Positions 9,590 through 18,273 of a DNA stretch of 18,273 nucleotides are shown one piece after another (position 1 is the first letter of the stretch; every line of letters starts with the position of its first letter). A program made the translations under genes and the position numbers. Source of the stretch: Ginkgo biloba (Eukaryota; Plantae; Ginkgophyta); the NCBI GenBank assembly GCA_024626585.2, contig JANKJI020000004.1, positions 130,859,552-130,877,824 on the forward strand, in the 5' to 3' direction. The notes beneath the pieces were generated by a model, which saw nothing but the letters and a program-made list of their open reading frames with translations, searched no databases and was not told the origin of the DNA.

Positions 9590-10544
9590 NNNNNNNNNNN
9601 NNNNNNNNNNNNNNNNNNNNNNNNNNNNNNNNNNNNNNNNNNNNNNNNNNNNNNNNNNNNNNNNNNNNNNNNNNNNNNNNNNNNNNNNNNNNNNNNNNNN
9701 NNNNNNNNNNNNNNNNNNNNNNNNNNNNNNNNNNNNNNNNNNNNNNNNNNNNNNNNNNNNNNNNNNNNNNNNNNNNNNNNNNNNNNNNNNNNNNNNNNNN
9801 NNNNNNNNNNNNNNNNNNNNNNNNNNNNNNNNNNNNNNNNNNNNNNNNNNNNNNNNNNNNNNNNNNNNNNNNNNNNNNNNNNNNNNNNNNNNNNNNNNNN
9901 NNNNNNNNNNNNNNNNNNNNNNNNNNNNNNNNNNNNNNNNNNNNNNNNNNNNNNNNNNNNNNNNNNNNNNNNNNNNNNNNNNNNNNNNNNNNNNNNNNNN
10001 NNNNNNNNNNNNNNNNNNNNNNNNNNNNNNNNNNNNNNNNNNNNNNNNNNNNNNNNNNNNNNNNNNNNNNNNNNNNNNNNNNNNNNNNNNNNNNNNNNNN
10101 NNNNNNNNNNNNNNNNNNNNNNNNNNNNNNNNNNNNNNNNNNNNNNNNNNNNNNNNNNNNNNNNNNNNNNNNNNNNNNNNNNNNNNNNNNNNNNNNNNNN
10201 NNNNNNNNNNNNNNNNNNNNNNNNNNNNNNNNNNNNNNNNNNNNNNNNNNNNNNNNNNNNNNNNNNNNNNNNNNNNNNNNNNNNNNNNNNNNNNNNNNNN
10301 NNNNNNNNNNNNNNNNNNNNNNNNNNNNNNNNNNNNNNNNNNNNNNNNNNNNNNNNNNNNNNNNNNNNNNNNNNNNNNNNNNNNNNNNNNNNNNNNNNNN
10401 NNNNNNNNNNNNNNNNNNNNNNNNNNNNNNNNNNNNNNNNNNNNNNNNNNNNNNNNNNNNNNNNNNNNNNNNNNNNNNNNNNNNNNNNNNNNNNNNNNNN
10501 NNNNNNNNNNNNNNNNNNNNNNNNNNNNNNNNNNNNNNNNNNNN
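9590..10544. other. Largest assembly gap. Other gaps: 410-419, 4184-4283, 5767-5782, 7167-7266, 7542-7567, 11721-11820, 12098-12107, 13611-13710, 14671-14740, 16415-16519
   Basis: Runs of N. Four are exactly 100 N, the usual convention for gaps of unknown size. Confidence 0.99.
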
Positions 10545-11217
10545 ACAAGAAGACTAGGTATTGGATTTTGTAGGAAATTTGAACCATAATGGATTTGGGT
10601 GGTTGGTACCTCACACCAAAATAGAGTGCTAATAAATTTTCTAATATATTGGTGTTGTTTTGTTTTATTCTTTCTGTCATTTAATTTCCATAGTTATTCC
10701 TACAATTCACATTAGTTTTATTTTGAATAGAGATAGTAATTAATATACAAAGTTGAACCTCCATATTTGTAACTTAATTGAAAAACAATGTTACTTTCAT
10801 CTATTCTTTTACTCCAGGGTATCAACTATGAATTCTATCTCCTGTTCACAATTTAAAAAGGATACAATCCTAAGTTTGACAATTTAATGACCGATCACAA
10901 CTAATAAATGCCTCTAATCATACAACATGATATTAGTATGTAAGTGAAAGTTTCAATATCCCCTCCATCATATATGATAATTCTTTGGATAACTATCTAA
11001 AGAGAAACTAAATTATTATGGAATTTTTAATATATTAAAAAAAACCCATGCTCTTGACTTCAATCAGAGAATATTTTTTTCTCTCTAATATAGAGGATGA
11101 TCATGATATTTTGTAATATAATAGAATTTTTTCTGGAAAAAAAAAGGGAGAGTATACATTTTGAGATTATTACATTATTGTTTTGGTTGCTTATCTAATA
11201 TTTTTATATATAGTATA

Positions 11218-11249
11218 GCCAGATGCTTAAGCATTGAGCTTACCATAGT
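11218..11249. mobile_element. Possible degenerate Helitron 3' terminus
   Basis: GCCAGATGCTTAAGCATTGAGC hairpin followed by TTACC-ATAG-T (CTAG-like), in an otherwise very AT-rich region. Confidence 0.3.
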
Positions 11250-11542
11250 TAAGTATTTAGCGTATTATAGTTTGTATTGAGTCGATCCTAATTATGTTTT
11301 AAATGAAACTTAATAAATTATTTATCCAATCCAAGAAAATTATAGATTTTGAATATTTTACGTTATAACTTTTATTAGCATGCTACTACTTTATTTATAG
11401 TTTATTATTAAATTAAAAATTAGGGATCAAAATATTTGTACATTCATTGTGTAGAATTTAAACCCACCAAACGTAAAGTATATACCTATCCAACCCCAAA
11501 ATTTACTTAAATCTAACCCAATCTTGATCCGTTTGTGGATCC

Positions 11543-11720
11543 ATACTTGCATAAAGGTTGCAAGTAAGATACTTGCATAAATGTTACAAGTAAAATCCTT
11601 GCATTAAGATCACAAGGAAGATACTTTCATAAAGGCCATAAGTAAGATACTTGCATAAAGGTTGCAAGTAAGATACTTGCTTAAGGCTAAAAGTAAGATA
11701 AGTTAATATAGGGTGCAAGT
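11543..11720. repeat. Tandem array of 26-bp palindromic units (6 full plus 1 partial, running into a gap)
   Basis: Consensus ATACTTGCATAAAGGTTGCAAGTAAG with units at 11543, 11569, 11595, 11621, 11647, 11673 and 11698. Internal inverted repeat TACTTGCA/TGCAAGTA. Confidence 0.95.
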
Positions 11721-12399
11721 NNNNNNNNNNNNNNNNNNNNNNNNNNNNNNNNNNNNNNNNNNNNNNNNNNNNNNNNNNNNNNNNNNNNNNNNNNNNNNNN
11801 NNNNNNNNNNNNNNNNNNNNAGCTTGATCTCAGACTGAGGGTTTTCACTTTGGGTGCTTAGAAGAGGATTTCCAATTGAGCTTAGCTTTCCCTTTGGATG
11901 ATTCGTCCTATTTCTAAACTTTGGGAAATGTAATTATTGTTAAATTTGGTGGAGACCATGGCAGATCATATGGTTCTTAGACAAAGGATGCTGCATTATT
12001 TGTCTAGTAGTGATATTAGGCACGGGAGGACAAAAGGATAGTCAATTACTAAATCCCTTTGGGACATTGGATCTTCATTAGCCCCATATTCTTGTTTNNN
12101 NNNNNNNCAATGGTATTGATGTGAGCCCAAGAATGGATGGATATCCTATCTTGGGGTACACCTATCAGGGAGGCATACGTATTTTGGTCATCCTCTATCA
12201 ATTCAACCTTTATCCACTTATTTTTGACATATTCTGGAATTTTATTTTTTCCTATCTAGACCATCATTGAGATGGCGCATAGTAGAGTAAAAATTTCCTA
12301 AATACCTAAAAGCTTCACGGTATCTATCCTCCTTCTTCTTCACTTGAAATATTGAGTACAAGTTACTAGCCCTCTCTTGGTAAGATGGCACATCATCTA

Positions 12400-12999
12400 G
12401 GTCCTTGACACTCAGGGTTTGCAAAGGATGATGTCTAACGCACTTGCTCAAAAATCTCAAATTCCCAAAAATATAAAGTCCAAATATCTCCTAGGAATTA
12501 AGTGCCTTGTGACTTTTGCTAACTCCATTTTATTGGTCGGGAAGGTTAGTTGAAATCCAACTAAGTGCAATACTCCCAAATCTCTACACATTTAAAAATC
12601 CAATCAAAACATCCCCCATTCCTTTCAAAGGGTCTAATGTGGGGCCATGGATGTCTCCTTATTTAACTTATTTTAACCCAAACTTTGAGTATGTGGGCTT
12701 CATCTCATCTTGACCATTACCAAAAGTTTAAACACCTAAACTCTTGATCTTTTGATGACCTGATGATAATTTGAAAGGCATGAGTCAAAGACTCTGATGT
12801 CACTCCACAAAACTAAAAAGTCAAAGCTCCAATTTTATCCCTCTCTCAGGTCCATGGGACATCATAACACTAAGTGAAACAGAGAGAGTTTATCGCCAAA
12901 ACCTGAACCTATGGAATCTTAAAATCTTAGTACTTAAGCCTTAGCTAAAATTTGACAAAATTGTACTTTCTCTAGTGTTGTAGCTATGCTCCTGCATCA
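12400..12999 (-). mobile_element. 3' LTR (part alignable to the 5' LTR)
   Basis: Starts TGATGCAGGAGCA after the PPT and is collinear with 15525-16131 (roughly three-quarters identical by eye). Confidence 0.85.
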
Positions 13000-13012
13000 T
13001 CCTCCCCAACTT
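13000..13012 (-). promoter_or_regulatory. Polypurine tract
   Basis: AAGTTGGGGAGGA directly before TGATG. Confidence 0.75.
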
Positions 13013-13048
13013 GTAAAAATTGCAAGTCCTCCTACATGTGTTGATTTT

Positions 13049-13610
13049 TTAACTTCCTCCATCCAATATTCTAAGTTCTTCCTCAATAATCCAAGTGTTG
13101 TCTTCTTGGAGCAATCCTTTTCACTTTACCAGATATCTAGTGTATCTACCTCTCTATATCTCCACCTCTTTTATATGAAGAATCTCTTCGACCTCTTCTC
13201 TTTTCTTTTGCAAAATTGATTGTATCCAGTCATTCGCTTCTTTTATTATCTCTTTATCTCCTTCACGGTACCTATACAAATTGATCAACAACATTAAATA
13301 CAAGTAAAATATCGTAATCATTGGGTAAGTCAACTCAGTATGCATTCTCATTGAATTTTTCCAAGATTCAATAGGGCCCAATCTTCTTGAATTTCAACTT
13401 GTTATATGTCCCCTTCGAAAATATGTTTTTCCTTAGGTGAACCATGACCATATCCCCTTCATTAAATTCTTGATTTCTTATTAACAGATCCAATACATCT
13501 TTATATCTTTGATTGCTTTGCTCTAAATGTTGCTTCACTTAATCATGCAATTGCTTCAAGTGATCCATCATAGCCTCTACATCATCATTAATCTAATTAT
13601 TGGTCGATAA
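13049..13610 (-). pseudogene. Integrase C-terminus (GPY/F) plus chromodomain remnant
   Basis: VKQHLEQSNQRYK...[47 protein letters not shown]...FNV..LYRY, then EVEEILHIKEV...RYLVK*K...EDNTWIIEEEL (chromodomain ~13070-13197). Confidence 0.9.
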
Positions 13611-13710
13611 NNNNNNNNNNNNNNNNNNNNNNNNNNNNNNNNNNNNNNNNNNNNNNNNNNNNNNNNNNNNNNNNNNNNNNNNNNNNNNNNNNNNNNNNNN
13701 NNNNNNNNNN

Positions 13711-13959
13711 ATCTTCTAGGCTCCCTCCAAAGCTTGAAATTTCCATTCTTGCTCATCCTTAGTTGTTCTTCAACAACCTTGCTAAAAACTCCTCTAGTTC
13801 TTATACTTGATTTTTTTATTCCTCTCCCTCAAATTTTGACTCGTCATCACCTTCAGGTCTATGTCTACGTAGTTTAATTTCCAATTCTTCAACTTGCCTT
13901 ACTAGAGCTTCAATTACTTGATTAGTCATTCTACCCCCATTGGCTACTCTTAGTGCCAT
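13711..13959 (-). pseudogene. gag N-terminus remnant
   Basis: MALRVANGGRMTNQVIEALVRQVEELEIKLRR...ARMEISSFGGSLED resembles the 'K.EIP.F.G.L.P' gag motif and lies ~110 bp downstream of the PBS. Confidence 0.7.
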
Positions 13960-14066
13960 TATGGAATTATGCTCTCCCCTCAATTGCTCTTCTTTACACA
14001 ATAATATTTTCAAAGCAAACTTAAACTAATTCTAATTTTAGATGCAACCATTAGGAAAACAATTGG

Positions 14067-14078
14067 GCTCTGATATCA
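14067..14078 (-). promoter_or_regulatory. Primer binding site, tRNA-iMet
   Basis: TGATATCAGAGC (11/12 match to TGGTATCAGAGC), 2 nt from the LTR end ...CACCA. Confidence 0.85.
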
Positions 14079-14080
14079 AA

Positions 14081-16131
14081 TGGTGTCGCCGGGCAGTACA
14101 TCATTGTTGAAACACTGATTAATGCTTTAGAGTACCTAGCGAAAGACACTCAATATGTTAGTTGGGACCATAAAAGAACTCGTGACATAAACAATCACAC
14201 AAGTGCATGCACATACGAGAATAATAACAAATCCCTACTACCATTAAGCATAAGAATTTTTTGTATTAGACTTTAACAAACTAAATTGATTACAACTTGG
14301 CCTACAGTCTTATCAAGAGAATTACAGACTAATATTCCCACTAGGATTTATATGGGTTACAAAATGCTCTCTCTGACAATTCTAACAAAAAACTACATAC
14401 GTGACCCCTTGAGCCAATATAACTATATGGAACTTTTCATGCTCACACAGTGTTGCCTCATCGTTAGTGATCTACATTCATCGTATTGATGCATGATTCT
14501 ATTTATCCCTGCATATTTCCTTCTTCCTCTAGGTTGCCTCTTAGTCGACAATATGCCTGTGTGCCCTCCTCTCATTATTTTAATTTCTCATCTTCCTTTA
14601 GAATTGCCTCATAATCAACAATCTTCTCGAGTGTTCTAGCTCTTCCCTCCTTCTCACCCTCTTCTCTCCTNNNNNNNNNNNNNNNNNNNNNNNNNNNNNN
14701 NNNNNNNNNNNNNNNNNNNNNNNNNNNNNNNNNNNNNNNNAGTTCTTCTCTGGTCCAACATTCTGGTTGGTGATCTCTATTTAATCTTCCCAATGGATCT
14801 TCACCTTTAAGACACTAAAATGGCCACCTTCTCCTTAGCATGGCCTCTCGCTTTTGGTCACTTGGTGGTTGTCATGATAAATGTCCTTTTCAATATTTCC
14901 TCATGCTAGTAACATCTATATTTCCCTCTGCGTGCCTTCTTCCTTTGGCTTCCAAAGTAGATACTCATTGCCATAACTATTATGGTTAGTCCTTGTATAA
15001 GGGTGTTTTAAACCTTCTTTATTTATGAGATGAGGGCTCTTGATCTTTACTTGATCTTCATATGTTATAACACATATGGCACTGCTAGATGTGACTATCG
15101 TTGTTGAGTTGGTATATGACTCATCCATGCCACATGTCATATGTTGCTCCTCCTTAGTGTCTTTCTATCAACGATGTTTTGCTCTAGTGGATTAATAATC
15201 CATACTTCAAGAGACCTAAAAATCCAATGACTTTTTGGATCCTCCTCCCAACTATATTATATATATTTTTTGGGTCCTCTAATGGTGCACCAAAGTGTCT
15301 CCCACAATAATTCTCTAATTCTCGATCTTCGATATCCTTCCTTTAATTGATTTGGGTTGCATCCTCCTCAACATTATTTAATTCTTCTGATGGATCCACG
15401 GGGTATGAGTAACTCACATGTCCCTCCTCTCCTTCTGAAGTCTGATCTCTGGAATCTTAATGGTGTTCCTTTGGGTTATGTCCAAATGCAAAGCTCCCAT
15501 TGATTGCTCTTTAATCTTGGTTCGGTTCTACAATGCTCAGGATTGTCAAAGGGTGATGTCGAATGCACTCGCTCAAAAGTCCCAAATTCGCAAACACTAA
15601 AAAACCTAAAAACATAAAGTCTAAATATCTCCTTGGACTTAAGGGCCTTATGACTTTTTCTAACTCCATTTTATTATTCGGACAGGTCTGCTGAAAGCCA
15701 ACTGAGTACAATCCCCTAGATCTCTACATATTCGAAAACTTGATCAAAACACCCCCCATTCCTTTCAAAGGTCCTGGCATGGGGCCTTGGGAGCCTCCTT
15801 TTTTAACTGCTTTTAACTCAGACTCTAGGTTTGCTTGCTTCGACCCATCTTAACCATTGCCAAAAGTTCAAACACCCAAACTTTTGATCACCCGACGATA
15901 ATTCCAAAGGCATGAATTAGAGACTCTAACGTCATTCCATAAAACCTAGAAGTAAAAACTCTAATTTTATCCCTCTCTCGAGTCTATGGGACATCAAAAT
16001 ATTAAGTGAAATAGAGAGAGTTTACTGCTAAAACTCGAACCTCCAGAATCCCAAAAGCTTGGTACTTAAGCCTTGGCCAAAATTTAACAAAATTGCACTT
16101 CTGGTAGTGTTGCAGGGATGCTCCTACATCG
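14081..16131 (-). mobile_element. 5' LTR (~2.05 kb, includes a gap)
   Basis: Starts CGATGTAGGAGCA (compare TGATGCAGGAGCA) and ends ...GACACCA adjacent to the PBS. Confidence 0.75.
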
Positions 16132-16414
16132 CTTACCTCCCTTAATTAACTCACACTTCCTATTACAAGGGATGATCATATCCTTTTTATCTTCATAAAA
16201 GGTATACCAAATAACACACTAGCATAACCCATCGACACCATGTCATAAGTGATCTCATCCATTTACTATTTTATTATGGCAAATTTGAAGGTGCACTAAT
16301 ATATGACATTATCACTCTTCTTCGTCTTGCTAGTAATCTCATAAGGATATAGATACTCTTGTAACTCTAACCCAATATATATTTATCATAGAAGAAAATA
16401 CCAATTTATTTTGG
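16132..16414 (-). pseudogene. Retropepsin-like aspartic protease remnant of a Ty3/gypsy element
   Basis: QNKLVFSSMIN..GLELQEYLYPYEI...*CTFKFAIIK**MDEITYDMVSMGYASVLFGIPF..D matches the pattern 'Q.NLIS...V..LGL....HP.PY.L....QC..KFAI...F.DEV..DVVP...C.V.LG.PY..D'. Confidence 0.75.
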
Positions 16415-16580
16415 NNNNNNNNNNNNNNNNNNNNNNNNNNNNNNNNNNNNNNNNNNNNNNNNNNNNNNNNNNNNNNNNNNNNNNNNNNNNNNNNNNNNNN
16501 NNNNNNNNNNNNNNNNNNNCATCTTTTGGGCCAGTCATTTTGACTGAGGTGGGAAGGAGAGGACAAATCTCCTGGTTACA

Positions 16581-17260
16581 CCTATCAAGTTGTATAGAAA
16601 ACTTATAATTTTAAACTTATATCACTCATGGATGGATTCTCAAGATATAACCAAATCTCGATTTATGATAGTCCTAAGATGTCATTTACAATGTCATGGG
16701 GCATATTTTCTTGTTGATTTATTCCCTTTAGTCTTAGGAATATAGATGCTACTTTCCAAAGAGTAATGAAATATGATTTCCACAACATAATTCTATAATT
16801 ATTTATAGCCTTCTTGGATGATATTTTGGTCGAATCTAAGAAGTGCGAGGACCACATGATGCAATTAAAATTGGATTTCAATTAATACCATAAATATAGA
16901 ATTATCTTAAATATTTTAAGGTGCATCTTTTATGTTGTGATGGGATATTTATTAGGATACACTGTGTCTAAACATAGAATATATATAGGCCCCAATAAAG
17001 TCAAAGCAATTATACAAATGTCACCACCACGTGTGATCAAAGAGATTAAAAGTTTTCAAGGTAGAATCAATTATATAAGAAGATTAATTTTAGATTATAC
17101 TGTAAAATTAGAAGGTTTAATTTATATTCTTCATAATATGTGCCTTTTGAATAAGATCATAAGGCTCAAAATTCCTTTGAAGATCTCAAATCATCTCTTA
17201 CTATAACACCCTTTATATAACCATTGGACTTCTCTAAAGATTTTGCATTCTTCTTACTAC
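16581..17260 (+). pseudogene. Reverse transcriptase remnant, non-chromovirus Ty3/gypsy (Tat/Ogre/Athila-like)
   Basis: SLMDGFSRYNQI, KMSFTMSWGIF, PFSLRNIDATFQRVM, FLDDILV (16811-16822), GYLLGYTVSK, PNKVKAIIQMSPPRVIKEIKSFQGRINYIRR, AQNSFEDLK, PLDFSKDF. Confidence 0.92.
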
Positions 17261-17264
17261 TAAG

Positions 17265-17741
17265 CAATTTAATATCAACATTAGACTCTACCCCAAAAGG
17301 GTTTTATCCCAAAGTTGGTTGCATAATAGAAGTAGAGGGAGCAACAATATTTTGAGAAGAAATAGATTTTAAAATTAAAGGAGGGGGTAAAGGAGGAATT
17401 ACCACTGGTGGTGGAATCACTAAAGAAGGAACACTCAAAGAAGTGATGCATCTAACTATTGAATAACTACAATAAGTCCTCCTATAGACTTATGACTCTC
17501 CTTTTGTTCCTATCTCATTCTTTGCATCATATTTTACATTTCATTAACTTGGTCCTGAAGAGTCCCCTTTGCAGACTCTTTTAACTCTCTCAATTAATCC
17601 CTTTTCTTGTCTTTAGATTCTAACCAAATAATGAAAGGGATTATGTAGTGGTGAATAAGTCTCATTATTTATTTCTTCTAGAACTTTCTCATGCTCCATA
17701 TGTAGGCTTACAGTCTTAGATATAGATTTAGTGGATACCAT
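17265..17741 (-). pseudogene. gag N-terminus remnant
   Basis: Starts MVSTKS ~75 bp after a PBS-like site, then Pro-rich VIPPPVVIPPLPPP and NPFGVESNVDI (compare 'PFKVEAKVDIP'). Confidence 0.6.
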
Positions 17742-17814
17742 AAAGAGGAAACACAATTTTCTACAAAAATTGACTAAGAATGCAAACTGATCTACTCATC
17801 CAACAAAGCATATA

Positions 17815-17827
17815 GGCTTGAATACCA
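17815..17827 (-). promoter_or_regulatory. PBS-like site (variant of iMet PBS)
   Basis: TGGTATTCAAGCC, 2 nt after a putative LTR end (GGCTATATTA) and upstream of gag. Confidence 0.55.
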
Positions 17828-17829
17828 AT

Positions 17830-18273
17830 TAATATAGCCTTAATGGAGGACTATAAAGGTATGATCTTTAGTTATGTAAAAGTATTTGAAATAAAACCAA
17901 GGATACTTAAATATGCGTTATGATATTATTGGATCAACCTGCACAACATGCTTTCTCTACTTGGGTTGAATCTAACTATTATTGTCTACAAAGAAATCCT
18001 GAGCTCAAAATTGATTTTTGACATTGAGACAAAAAGGCATGGCATCCTAGACTGCATCGTAGCTTTCCTTACCTAGGTTGTGTGTTTTTTTAAACCCAAC
18101 ATTGTGGGTTTCTCTTGTGCCACATGTTTTTTCTACAACCCTAAAACTTAAGGAGAATCTTTCAAACACATGCAAAATCTTGCAAACAGATTAATGCTAC
18201 AACCTAATAGAATCTTTTAAGACATGCAAAAGGAAACATCGTTCCTAAATACTATAGATTTTCAAACACATAA
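17830..18273 (-). mobile_element. Probable 5' LTR (partial) of the element carrying gag 17265-17741
   Basis: Positional inference from the PBS and gag. The other terminus is not seen. Confidence 0.4.

Larger units (their letters stand above)
12400..16131 (-). mobile_element. Ty3/gypsy chromovirus (CRM-like integrase with chromodomain); most of gag-pol is lost in the 100-N gap
   Basis: Ordered 5'LTR, PBS, gag start, gap, integrase C-terminus/chromodomain, PPT, 3'LTR. The two LTRs share ~600 bp of homology. Confidence 0.8.

Noticed and set aside
9520-10680. 386-aa and 334-aa ORFs, plus other X-containing ORFs (4016-4355, 14575-14793, 16339-16608)
   Set aside because: They are artefacts of reading through N gaps.
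11543-11720. CRISPR array interpretation of the palindromic 26-bp repeats
   Set aside because: Units are head-to-tail with no unique spacers, there are no cas genes, and the context is eukaryotic TE DNA.
12760-12778. CTGATGA-TAATTT-GAAA, a hammerhead ribozyme core-like motif in the LTR (retrozyme idea)
   Set aside because: There is no convincing stem II or flanking stems, and the paralogous LTR reads CCGACGATAATTCCAAAG, so the core is not conserved.
12242-15711. Paralogous small ORFs at 12242-12460 and 15511-15711 sharing LS(K/E)C(V/I)RHHPL
   Set aside because: The similarity is explained by LTR DNA homology, and their starts and extents differ.

Overview
AT-rich, CpG-depleted eukaryotic scaffold with 11 N-gaps and no intact host gene, RNA gene or CRISPR array that I can support. 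It is almost entirely a nest of decayed Ty3/gypsy LTR retrotransposons, which by inference fits a large plant genome, most resembling gymnosperm elements. From left to right: a + strand PPT and 3' LTR (460-1172); a minus-strand chromodomain-less element (integrase 2964-4183, PPT, short LTR) with a second related LTR at 1360-1665; a ~250/205-bp tandem triplication; a chromovirus-type integrase fragment; an unexplained, CpG-retaining 394-codon decayed reading frame (7862-9043, minus); a 26-bp palindromic tandem array; a minus-strand chromovirus (LTR, PBS-iMet, gag, gap, integrase/chromodomain, PPT, LTR; 12400-16131) inserted into the protease of another minus-strand gypsy element (LTR, PBS, gag at 17265-18273); and an oppositely oriented Tat/Ogre-like RT remnant (16581-17260). 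The best leads are the orphan frame at 7862-9043, the animal-type-looking integrase and the palindromic 26-bp array. All family assignments come from motif recognition by eye, not database searches.
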